A DNA stretch of 64,000 nt from Octopus sinensis (lineage: Eukaryota): contig NC_043000.1 of assembly GCF_006345805.1 (NCBI RefSeq), positions 16,306,001-16,370,000 on the forward strand, read 5' to 3'. Made by a program: the position numbers and the translations under genes. Position 1 is the first letter of the stretch. Each line of letters begins with the position of its first letter. This document shows positions 13,801-26,942 of the stretch, one piece after another. The notes beneath the pieces are model-generated. The model was not told where the DNA came from. It ran no database searches and worked only from the letters and a program-made list of their open reading frames with translations.

Positions 13801-15145
13801 CCATGGACACTTTTTGGGTTTATAATTGAAATGTTAGTTTTGTTATTCTTTTGAATAACACTATTGATCTTTCTCATTAAACAATATATTGGATTTTCAG
13901 TAAGTGCTAGATCATCAAAGCCACTGGTGTTACTGAGATGGTAACAAGTTAGAATTCTTGGTTCTAAAGCAATGTAGCAGATCTGGTGGTAGATGACAGC
14001 AGCTGTGCTCCTGATACTTTTAGTCATAAATCATTGGCACTTGTAGCCAAACATGACTCATTATTGCCATGTAATTTCTCATTCATCTCGATGGAAATGG
14101 CTTGATAATACATGAGTCACTTTTGGTTACTAAATATTACACATTTCTTGTGATGCTAGTGGGGAAGAATTACTGAGGTTCAACCTATTTTAATTGTGAA
14201 ACATGCTTTTCTTTGAGTCTGTCATATCTTGTCGAATTAAATGTGCTGTCAAGATGACTCTTTTGATTCCTAGGTCTGCTGAATTGGTGGGTTAAAGAAC
14301 TAAACATTGCTGATTATTAGAGCTATGATCTCTAAATGAACCTTCTCAATTATTTAATTGTTGGGGGTATTTTTGCATCTCCTTTAGTGGTTCTAAGAAA
14401 CACCGTGACTATTCCTGTCATCAGATGCACTGGTCCATGGATTCACTGTGCAATACAAAAACAAACCATGCATGTATTTTACAATCTCTAGCTTTTGATT
14501 CATCAATGCTATGTAGGTGAAATTTGATAAGCAGGAGCCTGTTATTTGTATGTATAGATGTCTCTTACCCAGAATTAAAGCTATGGTTGTAATACATGGG
14601 TTCATGTAATATAGCAACCATAGCTGCTCATACAGCAAAAGTCATGGATTTTACTTAAAAGGAAAAAAAGATTTAGCAGCTCTTCTTTCTCAATATAATA
14701 TGCTTTGACCTTTCAGTTTTGAATTATTTGCTCTGGGGCTGCTTCAGAAAAATTATTTGCCAGACTACACCCACCGGATGAACTAACAACAGCTGTTTGT
14801 TAGGAAATTACAGCAATGTCTCAAATGGTGCAATGTGCAACATACAGTTTCCTGGTTAGACTACATAAATGCATGTAAAATAGTAGCATTTGGATGACAT
14901 TTTTTAAAAACAGTTGTTTATAAATGTCATGCATTGTTCTCTGCCATAAGACAATAGTTGCTAATATTCTATACATTTAAAAGCTATTGGGTTTCTTCTA
15001 ACCAGATCCTATGTGCATGTATGTTTATATTAATGTACATGTGTAAAGTCTGCATTTAATATTAGAAATGAGTTCTTGTTAAAAATGTCACGATTCTCGA
15101 GTCACTCATAAAACAACTAAATCCAAGTTGGCTTCAAAAAGTTAC

Positions 15146-15338
15146 TTAACCCATTCGATACCAACCCGGCTGAAACTGCCTCTGGCTCTGTAGTGCAAAT
15201 GTTTTTTTTGTTTTTTTTTCATAAGATTTGAATCAAAATCTTCCAAACTTTAGTCATGATTTACTAAATTCTTTGTTATATTTAAAATAAATTGAAAGAA
15301 ACACAGAGCCTCTCTAAATACGGTAACAAAAGGGTTAA
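15146..15338. mobile_element. TTAA-flanked MITE, family A
   Basis: ttaa-CCC...GGG-ttaa with the family-A internal sequence. Other copies at ~17220-17431, ~24609-24811, 30360-30588, 40010-40234 and 40334-40563. Confidence 0.8.
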
Positions 15339-15760
15339 GGGAATCTGCATTATAATACTAAAAATAATAGCAAAAGTGAAATATATTTTAAGTAATTAGA
15401 TATTATGAACTAAAATGATCCCTTGAATATAGCCATATCACTTAGGGTAAGATAGACATTCTTATCTAATCTGGACAGTTTCTAATCCTAGCATAGCAGC
15501 AGGTTGACTTAGCATGCTCCTTACATCAGAGGAGAATGAGATAAGCAGTTGTAATAGAATTTGACTTGAAGAATGAATGTGAAAAGATTAAATAAGTTAG
15601 AAGCTGTTGTAATTCTTTTACCATTTCGGAAAAATTTTTTTTACTCAACTTACAGCAATGAGTAGTAATGCTAGTATTAACATGGTATCCTAAAGATACC
15701 ATCCTCATGGGTTTTTTTTTTTTTAATGTAATGAGGTAAATGGTGAACTACATGAAGCCA

Positions 15761-15934
15761 AGGGTGCTGAAAGGTTCCTGGCTTTAAGGGTTTTAAAGGA
15801 CTGATTGGCAGCCCGACCTTCCAAGTTCTTTTACAGAGATTAGAAAAAACTGAAAGACTGCAATATGTTGAATAAAATTAACTGATCTTTCTGTATTTTC
15901 ATTTACTAAAAGCTAGGAACTTTTCAGCACCCCT
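15761..15934. mobile_element. mariner-like MITE
   Basis: TIR pair gggtgctgaaaggttcctggcttta / taaaagctaggaacttttcagcaccc. A related copy lies in the opposite orientation at 44635-44880. Confidence 0.7.
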
Positions 15935-18500
15935 GCCTAAGTGACAGAAAATTACTCATGTAGGAGATACTTTGGCTCAAAACCTTTTTCAGATCTGAGT
16001 GAACAGAACTTACGAAAGCTGTGAGCTTCTGCTCATGCATATTTTTTTTTTTTTGTTAAGCCTGTAGAATATTATTTGAACTTTGGTTCTATTTTTTTGG
16101 TAGATTGACTAAAAGGTTCCTCTTAGTTGCTAAGTTCCATGACGGCATTCTCTCTAATGGAAGACATTGCAGCTGTGATCACTGTCCCCTTTCTCAGATC
16201 CAGTGATCCAAGAACCACATTATTCAGTGTGTACTTATCCACTACAATTTGAGATGTGGATGAAATACTACAGTAAAAAGAACCAATGACAAAAAGCATG
16301 TTTATATTGTATTTTGTTTTGAAATGTGGTTTTCGAGGACACCCATGTGTATCATCAGTTGTTCAACTACTTGAGAATAAATTGAGTTTTATGCTTACAC
16401 AAAGATATATCTACTTTGTGATGCATGTCTTTGGGTAATCTTTGAGTACATCATTAGTATATGATCACACATGAGAATTTTTTTTATACAGTTTTGCCTA
16501 TCTCTGAAGTATCCATGTAATCGTGATATATTTGTATATGTTATACATTTGTGATCTTCAGTGATTCAGGTTCTGCTGAATTATTGTTGAAACAAAAGAG
16601 AAATAACAAGGCAGTAAATGACTGATGGATATTGTGAAAGAGCAGTACAAGATTAACAATTTCCCAACTTTGTTATCCTGGCTCCATAAACTATAAAATT
16701 AGAGTTAATTCATGACATGCTTAAAATGTTATGTTGGTATACTTTTTGAATGACTATTTAGGCATATCGTCTGTGCACCTGTCTCGGTGGAAATTGTAGT
16801 TGTGATACCTGTCTCAGTGGCACGTAAAAAGCACTAACCGATCGTAGCCGCTGCCAGCCTCCATGGCACGTAAAAAAGCACCCACTACACTCACGGAGTG
16901 GTTGGCGTTAAGAAGGGCATCCAGCTGTAGAAACACTGCCAGATCAGACTGGTGCAGCTCCCTGGCTTCGAGACCCAGTAGAACCGTCCAACCCATGCTA
17001 ACATGGAAAACACGTTAAACAATGATGTGTGTTTTTGTAAATACATGTCAGTAGTGTCTAAACAAATGTAATGTAACAAGTTCTAGCTCTAAAGGGACGC
17101 AACATAAATTTTCTTTTTTACTTTACTAGTACATTACATTTCTTCGGACATTGCTGTATTATCAAGCTCCTTCATATTACTCCTGGAACAAAATAAAATG
17201 GCCAAAAAGACTGTTCCTGTGAACCCTTTCATTACCAACCTGACTCTGGCTCTGTAGTACAAATGTCTTATTTTCATAAGATTTGAATTAAAATCTTCCA
17301 CCAAACCTTAGTCACAATTTATGTTCCTAACACTAGCTGAATAAGTTATTTTACTAAATTCTTTGTTATATTTAAAGTAATTAAAAGAAACCCAGAGCAT
17401 CTGAAGATAAATACAGTAGCGAAAGGGTTAAATGTTGATTACACTGAGACGTTTCTGTACTGTTTATCTTAGCAGGAATATTTCTGTTTTGGAATCTCTA
17501 ACATAAAGTCAGTGGACTGGTTTTATTTCATTAATTTCAAATAGTGCATGGTTACATTTGGCTTGTTGCAAAATGATGCTAATTGGGAGGCTGTAATTTT
17601 ATAATTACCCTTTGAAACTGCTAAACCTCTTTCAGTCTTATTGGAAATCTGTGAACTGTCATCTCTATGCGTCATCATCATCATCATTTAGCGTCCGTTT
17701 TCCATGCTAGCATGGGTTGGACGGTTCAACTGGGGTCTGTGAAGCCAGAAGGCTGCATCAGGCCCAGTCTGATCTGGCAGTGTTTCTACGGCTGGATGCC
17801 CTTAGGAGACCAAACTGACAGTTAAAAGTATCAAGTACAGCAACATAATCCTCGGGTCTTTTAGTGGTGCCATCTTCAACATAAGTCTCATTGCTTGCTA
17901 TTGATATGGCTTACTTCAGAATAATTAGTTTCAAGGGAATCGACCACCAACAACAGTTCATGAAATCTGCTACAATGCAAATTCCCTAGTTCAATTTAAA
18001 ACTGAAAGCCTAAGCTACATGATTAAAAAAACATTAGTTATGTGTGGTTAGGGAGCTTGCTTCCTAGCTACATGGTTTCGGGTTCAGTCCCACTGCGTGG
18101 CACTTTGGGTAGGTATCTTCCACTATAGCCTCGAGCCGACCGGAGCTTTGTGATTGAATTCGGTAGGTGGAAGTTACTGCCGTGTGTGTATGTGTGCGTA
18201 TAGCTGCTCAGTGCCTCAACGAAGGAGAGAGAGAGGGATTGTTGTATTATGTACTGATTTTGTTCATGTGCATACTCCGCTCTGACATAAACCCAGTACT
18301 GGACATCTATAACATCATTAACTCAGAAGGAAAACAGCCGACTGAATATTCTCATTGCAATTTCCTGCAGACAGATCTGAATAATACAACTGATATTTGA
18401 AACTAAAAAAAAATGTGAAATATTCTTGATGCACCTGGAGGAACAATAAAAACATAACTAAGGACTGGCTTAACCTTCCAGTATTCATTGTTTTGAATTA

Positions 18501-19568
18501 CAGTGATCCCTCGTTTATCACAGTAGATTGGTTCTGAGACCAGCCACGATACTCTTTTACTTGTTCCAGTGATCTGACTGCGGCCATGCTGGAGCGCCGC
18601 CTTTTAGTTGAGCAAATCGACCCCGGGACTTATTCTTTGTAAGTTCAGTACTCATTCTATCGGTCTCTTTTGCCGAACCGCTAAGTGACGGGGACGTAAA
18701 CCAGCATCGGTTGTCAAGCAATGCTAGGGGGACAAACACAAACACATATATATATATACGACAGGCTTCTTTCAGTTTCCGTCTACCAAATCCACTCACA
18801 AGGCATTGGTCGGCCCGGGGCTATAGCAGAAGACACTTGCCCAAGATGCCACGCAGTGGGACTGAACCCAGAACCATGTGGTTGGTTAGCAAGCTACTTA
18901 CCACACAGCCACTCCTGCACCTATGATAACTGAATTTCTGCGAAGTAGGGACACCATATTTACAGTATTTATTTAACGTGTATTTGTACTTTTAAAACCC
19001 TCCCATTGCAGTAGTCTATTAATAACAAGGACAACTGTTGAGCAGTAACACTTTAGATTAAAGGTGGCGAGTTGGCAGAGACGTTAGCATGCCGGGCAAA
19101 ATGCGTAGCCATATTTCGTCTGCCGTTACATTCTGAGTTCAAATTCCGCCGAGGTTGACTTTGCCTTTCATCCTTTCGGGGTCAATAAATTAAGTACCAG
19201 TTATGCACTGGGGGCAATGTAATGGACTTAATCCGTTTGTCTGTCCTTGTTTGTCCACTCTGTTTAGCCCCTTGTGGGTAGTAAAGAAATATAACACTTC
19301 AGATTTAAAAAAATAAAGATTGTTACTGATACACAGGCCAGATTACAAAATAGAAAGCTGTGTTTCGTCGTCTCTCTCCATTGCACCAATCACAGCCTGT
19401 CTTAAGTTCAAATACTTCTGTAGATGCTTTTTTGCTATTTTACGCTTGTTTTGTTGTTCCTAGACTAGGAAATAATATTTTAATGGATTTAATGAAAAAT
19501 TTTAGGCATTCATATATATATTTTTAAAATCTGCATTAGTTGAGCCGCAAAGTAGCGAGGGATCACTG
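18501..19568. mobile_element. Tc1/pogo-type MITE carrying two nested SINEs
   Basis: TA|CAGTGATCCCTCG...CGAGGGATCACTG|TA. SINEs are inserted at ~18552-18918 (-) and 19061-19291 (+). Confidence 0.75.
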
Positions 19569-20189
19569 TAATCATGCATTATCTTGAAGCTTCTAGGTTT
19601 TGAGGCGGTGACTCAAGTTTTAGAAAGATATTGTAGGGTTGATGTAAGAAACCAGATATGGCCAGTTTAAATGCTAAAGGGTTAAGATAACATGGCAAAA
19701 TTTCTAAGGCATCTATATTTTGTATTGCTGTCACTAAACTGTTTGAAGGTAAACAGCTCACAGCCACTGATGTGATGATATATGTATTGGGTGGAGGAAT
19801 AATTATTGCGGATTTTTTTCGACAATAACAATATTTAACAAAAACTTCTTTAGATGACCGTCTGCCAAGCAAATGGGAAGCAGTAATTGAAGTAGATGGT
19901 GAATATGCTCTGGAATTATCATTTAAAGATGTTTTGAAAAACAAAACTGCAGTAATTATGCACCAACCCAATAACATTAGCGAAGATGCTGAAATAGTGT
20001 TTGATAATAATTTACAATGTAAAAATGTTGCATTCGAAGCTTTTGAATTGAATTGAGCAGCAGAGGAACAAACCTTTTAACAGAGTACCAACATTAGTTT
20101 TAGAAGGCTTTCGTCAGACTACTGAATTGCAGAGGTTTCTTATGGCGGAAATTTCTGTTATGTCAACACCAACATCAAAATAAAAATCA

Positions 20190-20530
20190 AATGGAAATTG
20201 TAGTTAAGACACCTGTGCTGGTGACACATAAAAAGCACCGTCTGAACGTGGCAGATGCCAGCGCCACCTGACTGGCGTTCGTGTCGGTGACACGTAAAAG
20301 CACCTACCGATCCTGGCTGTTTGCCAGCCTCCTCTGGCCCTGTGCCGGTGGCATGTAAAAAACATCCACTACACTCTTGGAGTGGTTGGCGTTAGGAAGG
20401 GCATCCAGCTGTAGAAACACTGCCAGGTCAGACTGGAGCCTGGTGTAGCTGTCATGGCTTACCAGACCCCGGTCGAACCGTCCAACCCATGCTAGCATAG
20501 AAAACGGACGTTAAATGATGATGATGATGA
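20190..20530 (+). mobile_element. SINE family S1 (internal ggcacgtaaaaagcacc modules, (GAT)n tail)
   Basis: Copies at ~16788-17026(+), 17672-17803(-), 22524-22890(-), 23884-24222(+), 32500-32975(+), 33664-33915(-), 38600-39075(+), 46815-47030(-) and 53597-54035(+). Confidence 0.85.
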
Positions 20531-21830
20531 ATTAATGCATTCTCAGCAAGTGATTGAATCTGTGAATCTTATTGAGAAAAAACTGGCACCTGCTTGTGGT
20601 CTTTTTATAGACCCTCCTAGTAGGATTAATATGACTGATATTCCATTTGAATCTCAACCTGCAGTGAAGTTGCATAAGTGATTCGTTCATGCTACCCTTA
20701 CATTGTGACTAAAAGTTTTGTTAGTCTTCTGGGATGGAAGCACTCCAGCGGTTACGAGAAGGAGGGTTCCGGTTGATCCGATCAACGGAACAGCCTGCTC
20801 ATGAAATTAGGGATCACCACCATCCCTGCCGGAGCCTCGTGGAGCTTTTAGGTGTTTTCGCTCAATAAACACTCACAACGCCCGGTCTGGGAATTGAAAC
20901 CGCAAATCCGCTGCCCTAACCACTGGGCCATTGCACCTCTACGTGTTAGTCTTCTACAGCTAGCTTGAAAGATCATTTTTGCGCAAGATGAAAAAATATT
21001 CTTACAAACTGAACATGCTGAACACTTTACTCAAAAATTATTTTATTTCTCATTTTAGAAAAAAGATTATAACATGATATTTTAGTTTCAACAACTGAAA
21101 AGATTTTAAAACAACAGTTCAGTTATTCATGTTTTTGTTTTTCTCATAAACATTTAACTGGAGATTAAGAATGATTGTTCATAACAGAATATGACTGAAT
21201 GCTTTATGATTATTATCACACTGAGCATTAATTACACCATTGCTCAGAAGAGAGTCAATGAATTATAATAGAATTAGCAGGCATAAAAATTATAGCATGA
21301 AGCTAGTCTAACAACATTTCTCACACAAACTGACAACTCTCATATCAGCCGAAATTGTTGTATAAAAAAATGATTTTTCATTTTCCGGGATTTCATTTAT
21401 CTTTTTGTTGAATCAGCATATTTAATATTAGATTTAATTTCTGTGAGACTGGTGGAAAAGAAGCTTGACAAAAATATTACAAATCTTCATTTAGTTATCT
21501 ACTTGTTTGCAATATCCTTTCTCCATTCATCTGTCATTAACAATGTTTTATTAGTAGGGCCGGGGTTTAGGCTTAATCATGAAGCAACACCTTTGAGTTA
21601 GCAAAGGCAATTAAAAAAATAAAATATAAATTCTATTAACAGAAGAAAAAGAAAAACAGTTTTTCTCACCAAAAACTAAAAAAATCTTTGTTGTTTAAAA
21701 AAAAAGCTAATTAAAATGTAAATAAAACTGGGAGATACATCAAGAATGAAATTAAGAAGAAATGATTATCCAGTATCTAATTTAACCTAAAACCAAGTTG
21801 GGGTGGGGGGTAACAGCATTGATCTTTTAT

Positions 21831-22075
21831 TTAGCTAGCATAGATTTTTCGGTTTAGATTAGCTTCAGCTTTAGAAACAGCAGCAGGGATGTTGTCTCGT
21901 GTACGGCTATGATACTTGAAAAATAGTTGTGGACAGTCATGTTCACCGTAGGCAATTTTGTCACATTCCATCAGGAAATCGTAGTTGATTTTATCACTGA
22001 CCACTGAATCATTTTTGTAGTCTTCATGGTTGGTAACAAACTGTCTTGTCCACTGGGCCATTGTCAAGAGCTCCC
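21831..22075 (-). CDS. GCLC: GCLC terminal coding exon
   Basis: aaacag|(G)ELLTMAQWTRQFVTNHEDYKNDSVVSDKINYDFLMECDKIAYGEHDCPQLF...KIYAS*; matches the GCLC C-terminus. Confidence 0.94.
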
Positions 22076-22261
22076 CTGTTTAATATCAGAAACATAAAAG
22101 CATTTATAATTCTGTACATTTTGTTTGTTAAACATTTCCAAAAAAGATGGAAATGACAAGAAAATTATTCATATAAGTCACTTGTCTTACCTCTTTTTTT
22201 TTTTTCTAAAACATTTACAAGACATTGAAAGTTCACTGATTAGATGTAAATTAATATATAT

Positions 22262-22515
22262 ATATATATATATTATAATATAAAATGGGACAAGAATGCA
22301 AAACATCCAAAAGACGGTACAAAAAACACGGACGGGTCATTCGAAGCCTTTAATCTTCAGTCAAGAACTGGATCATCCTCGCAATTTCGACTGATTAATC
22401 TTGAGATTGCTCCAATCTGGCCAGCCCCAAGGAAAAACTAAGCTAAGAGCATTAGATTCCTTGGAAAAAAGCTACGAATGTATACGAAACAAGGACAGAA
22501 AAACGGCCGATGTTA
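22262..22515 (-). mobile_element. Possible Penelope-like terminal fragment
   Basis: On -, ctgaagattaaaggcttcgaat sits in an AT-rich terminal-repeat-like context. Similar motifs at ~35345-35450 and ~43268-43420. The classification is tentative. Confidence 0.3.
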
Positions 22516-24834
22516 AATATATATCATCATCATCATCATCACCATTTAGCGTCCGCTTTCCATGCTAGCATGGGTTGGACGGTTCAACTGGGGTCTGTGA
22601 AGCCAGAAGGCTGCATCAGGCCAGTCTTATCTGGCAGTGTTTCTACAGCTGGATGCCCTTCCTAACGCCAACCATTCCGTGAGTGTAGTGGGTGCTTTTT
22701 ACGTGCCAGACGGAGCTGGCAAACGGCCACGAACGGATGGTGCTTTTACATGCCATTGGCACGGGGGCCAGGCAAGGCTGGCAACGGACATGAACGGATG
22801 GTGTTTTTACGTGCCACCGGCACGGGGGCCAGGCAAGGCTGGCAACGGACACGAACAGATGGTGCTTTTTACGTGCCACCGGCACGTGTATGTATATATA
22901 TATATAAGTCTAGTTGTAGTATAGACCTAGTCTTTAGTTACAAGTGTTTGTGAAGGAAGATGCTGTCACAATATTCTAAGAAAAAAATAAAAACCAATTT
23001 TAAACCAGAGTTGGGAGGAAGATTTTGTATTCATTCTCAAAGATGAAGACTCTTGGTGTCTTATTTACCATGTGTTGCTTAGTCATTACAAAGCCAGTAA
23101 CTTGAAAACCCACTCTCTAAGAAGCAAATAAATAAATTTTTCATATGATTACCCAAATCAGAATTGAGGAAATCAAATTTCAGAACAAAGAGTTTTTACA
23201 AAGATAGACATTGTCAAGGAACTTCAATCACTTGTCCAATCTGATTAGGAAAGTAAATACAGTGCATGATATTGAAATAAAAGACTATAAACTGGAGGAA
23301 CATTGGTTACAAGGAGTGATTCATATTTCCTAGCCAGTTGAGATGGCCTACAAAAGTTCAGGCCTGGCTTCACCTTGTAAATCTTTCCATAGCTGGTATG
23401 GGTCAATGATGGTTGTCATCATTTGCCGTAAAAATAGAACTGATTAAGGAGAATCTGGGTCTAAAGATGATCCACAAATCCTAGTCTTAAAGTAAGTTCT
23501 GGAAACAAGTTCCAAAAATAAAACAGAAAAACCCCGAGCTGAAGAAAACTCACATGTGGTTCATCTTAATTTTCATTCCAAAAGAATGTTCTATAGCTCA
23601 GTGGTTTGAAATGAAAGAAGTTCTTTGCCTCCAAGAGCAAGAACTGGTATCAGTGTAGAATAATAATAATAAAAACTGGCAGAAAGGTGGCTTCAGACAG
23701 TGGAACTTGATGGCCTCTAGTCTGAATGCCAGACTACTTTTGTTGTAACTTGAATAAAGCAAATAAATTACCAAAATATTGCAAACCTTTTAACTCAACA
23801 CAATATTATGTTAGTTTAAGTCAAAACAAGGGTTGTAACTATGTTAATTATTAACTAAACACATTGCATAATATATATATATAATGGAAATTGTAGTTAA
23901 GACACCTGTGCCGGTGACACGTAAAAAGCACCGTCTGAACGTGGCAGATGCCAGCGCCACCTGACTGGCGTTCGTGTTGGTGACACGTAAAAGCACCTAC
24001 CGATCCTGGCTGTTTTCCAGCCTCCTCTGGCCCTGTGCCGGTGGCATATAAAAAACATCCACTACACTCTTGGAGTGGTTGGCGTTAGGAAGGGCATCCA
24101 GCTGTAGAAACACTGCCAGGTCAGACTGGAGCCTGGTGCAGCTTTCATGGCTTACCAGACCCCGGTCGAACCGTCCGACCCATGCTAGCATGGAAAATGG
24201 ACGTTAAATGATGATGATGATGTGTGTATATGTGTCATCATCAGCATTTTAACGTTCACTTTTCCATGCTTGTAACGGTCAGACGATGTTTACTGAGGCA
24301 GATTTTCCTATGGACAGATGCCTTCCTTGTCACCAGCCTTCAACTGCTTCCAAACAAGGTAATATTTCCCCATAGCCAAACATGTTTTCACAGAGAACTA
24401 GAAATGAATGGCCAATCACACACACACCAAGGCTAAGTAGTCAGGTATTGGACAACTGATTCCTTGACTACGAATTCAAACCGTTTTGTTGTGACTTTGT
24501 CTTTGGGCAAGTTACATAACTCTTGATAAAGTTTAGCTAAAAGAAACTCTATTCTAGCTTCAAGGATGAGTGTTTAGCGATAGGAAGAGCATTCAAATGC
24601 AAAAACAAAGGCTATATTACTGTATTTATTTTGAGATGCTCTGTGTTTCTTTTAATTACTTTAAATATAATAAGTTATCATTCAGCTAGTGTTAAGAACA
24701 TAAATTGTGACAAAGGTTTGGTGGAAGATTTTAGTTCAAATCTTTTGAAAACAAGCCATTTGTACTCAGAGCCAGGGCCGGCTTCAGCCGGGTTGGTAAC
24801 AAAAGGGTTAAGGGGTCGCTGGATTTGGAGTCAG

Positions 24835-25204
24835 TAAAACTATACTGACTCTGACTCACAATGTCTTTATATGTCTTGCAAACAACTTGCACATGCAAGT
24901 GCAACCAGTCAAAAACTCTGCATACCGGAAGCCAGCAAGTGTATGGGGTCATCAGGAGAGAATGCGCGCCGTTTTGGGGCCTACCTCTCGACGGCATCAA
25001 TGCACACTGATATGAGGCCCCGCTTGCTAGATCAGCTGGTTATCAAATAAAGCTCATTATTCTAGACATCACTCATCAGCTAGCCTTCTCCACTGTAGTT
25101 TGGATATCGGTCATGGTGGTATTGACTTTATGATGAGTTAGGCCTAACGATAACAACAGTCGTCTCACACTGTGTCCAACGAACCCTCTACATCCGACTT
25201 TAAT
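24835..25204 (-). mobile_element. 3' fragment of a restriction-like-endonuclease non-LTR retrotransposon (Hero-like)
   Basis: 25204-25079 translates to IKVGCRGFVGHSVRRLLLSLGLTHHKVNTTMTDIQTTVEKAS, resembling the EVGCRGF...EKAS C-terminus I recall for Hero-clade elements. The surrounding frame is degenerate. Confidence 0.5.
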
Positions 25205-25439
25205 ATAAACCAGTTATAACACACAGGCCTACTCAAAGTACAAGCATAGGTATATGCTTTATGAGATATGTAGACCACAATCACTTGATTACATAAAGAG
25301 GAGTTGGAGTCGAAGTTTTTGTTTCGACCCCACAGCCCTGATATTCACAAGCAAATAGGCACAGCATTCAAGTGTGAAAAGGAAAACCCTACTCATAAAG
25401 AAGTACAGCATTCAAGTGTAAAAACAAAAACCCTACTCT

Positions 25440-25826
25440 TTACTCTTTTACTCGTTTCAGTCAGTTGACTGCGGCCATGCTGGAGCACTGCCTTTAGTCG
25501 AGCAACTCGACCCCGGGACATATTCTTTGTAAGCCCAGTACTTATTCTATCAGTCTCTTTTTGCTGAACCGCTAAGTAACGGGGACATAAACACACCAGC
25601 ATCGGTTGTCAAGCAATGCTAGGGGGACAAACATACACGCACACATATATATATATACATATATACGACGGGCTTCTTTCAGTTTCCGTCTACCAAATCC
25701 ACTCACAAGGCTTTGGTCGGCCCGAGGCTATAGTAGAAGACACTTGCCCAAGGTGCCACGCAGTGGGACTGAACCCGGAACCATGTGGTTGGTAAACAAG
25801 CTACTTACCACACAGCCACTCCTGCG
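25440..25826 (-). mobile_element. SINE family S2 (tRNA-like head, CORE-like gcaccttgggcaagtgtctt segment, internal (TA)/(TG) tract)
   Basis: Copies at ~18552-18918(-), 26055-26426(-), 44255-44634(+) and 52104-52495(-). Partial copies at ~18044, 33450 and 35480. Confidence 0.85.
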
Positions 25827-26493
25827 CCTACTAACACAGAAGGCGACATAGTATTCAATCGTGTGTAAAACAAGTAAGAAAATGAACTAAAATATGACAT
25901 ATTTTGATGAGACAAATATCAGTGTTACAACTGATCCTGCGTGGGATGGTAGAGAATAAAGTGTGTCGACAGTTTGGATCACATGGATACAATGATATTC
26001 CAAATGTGGCCAATACATAAATAAAACAATCAAAGCAGTTTTGCACAGGTTACTATTTTACTTGTTTCAGTCATTTGACTGTGGCCATGCTGGAGCACCA
26101 CCTTTAGTCGAGCAAATCGACTCCAGGACTTATTCTTTGTAAGCCTAGTACTTATTTTATTGGTCTCTTTTGCCAAACCACTAAGTTATGGGGACGTAAA
26201 CACACCAGCATCGGTTGTCAAGCGATGGTGGTGGGACAACACAGACATAGAAACATAGATATACAATGTGCTTCTTTCAGTTTCCGTCTACAAAATCCAC
26301 TCACAAGGCTTTGGTCGGCCCGAAGCTACAGTAGAAGACACTTGGCCAAGGTGCTACGCAGTGGGACTGAACCCAGAACCATGTGGTTCGTAAGCAAGCT
26401 ACTTACCACACAGCCACTCCTGCGCCTTATAACATATCCTGTGCCATTATAATATATTTAAAGAAAAATGAAAATAAAAAGAAAGCAATTCAC

Positions 26494-26611
26494 CTGAAGC
26501 TCTTTTGGATATTAATTTCAAATACTGTAATACAGTGCACCGGGTATCAACATCACATTCAATGTAATCTAAATATTTGTTGACCATAGGAACTAAACCA
26601 GGGAAATCCTC
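26494..26611 (-). CDS. GCLC: GCLC exon
   Basis: ttacag|[39 protein letters not shown]+G|gtgaat; 118 nt. Confidence 0.95.
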
Positions 26612-26703
26612 CTGTAAAAGAAATCATTTTATTTGAAAGATGATAAATTTATATACACATAAAAGATATCCCAAAAAATGTACACGCACTTTAACCCTTT
26701 CAA

Positions 26704-26942
26704 TACCTATTTCTTTACTACCCACAAGGGGCTAAACACAGAGGAGACAAACAAGGACAGACAGATGGATTAAGTCGATTATATCGACCCCAGTGCGTAA
26801 CTGGTACTTATTTAATCGACCCCGAAAGGATGAAAGGCAAAGTCGACCTTGGTGGAATTTGAACTCAGAACGTAACGGCAGACGAAATACCACTAAGCAT
26901 TTCGCCTGGCGTGCTAACAATTCTGCCAGCTCGCCACCTTCT
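26704..26942 (-). mobile_element. SINE family S3 (central gcctttcatcctttcggggtcgataaattaagtaccag domain)
   Basis: Copies at 19061-19291(+), 27266-27470(+), 31020-31230(-), 31730-32147(-, dimer), 36731-38030(-, hexamer), 57690-57987(-), 61375-61590(-) and a chain at 62331-63525(+). Confidence 0.85.
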
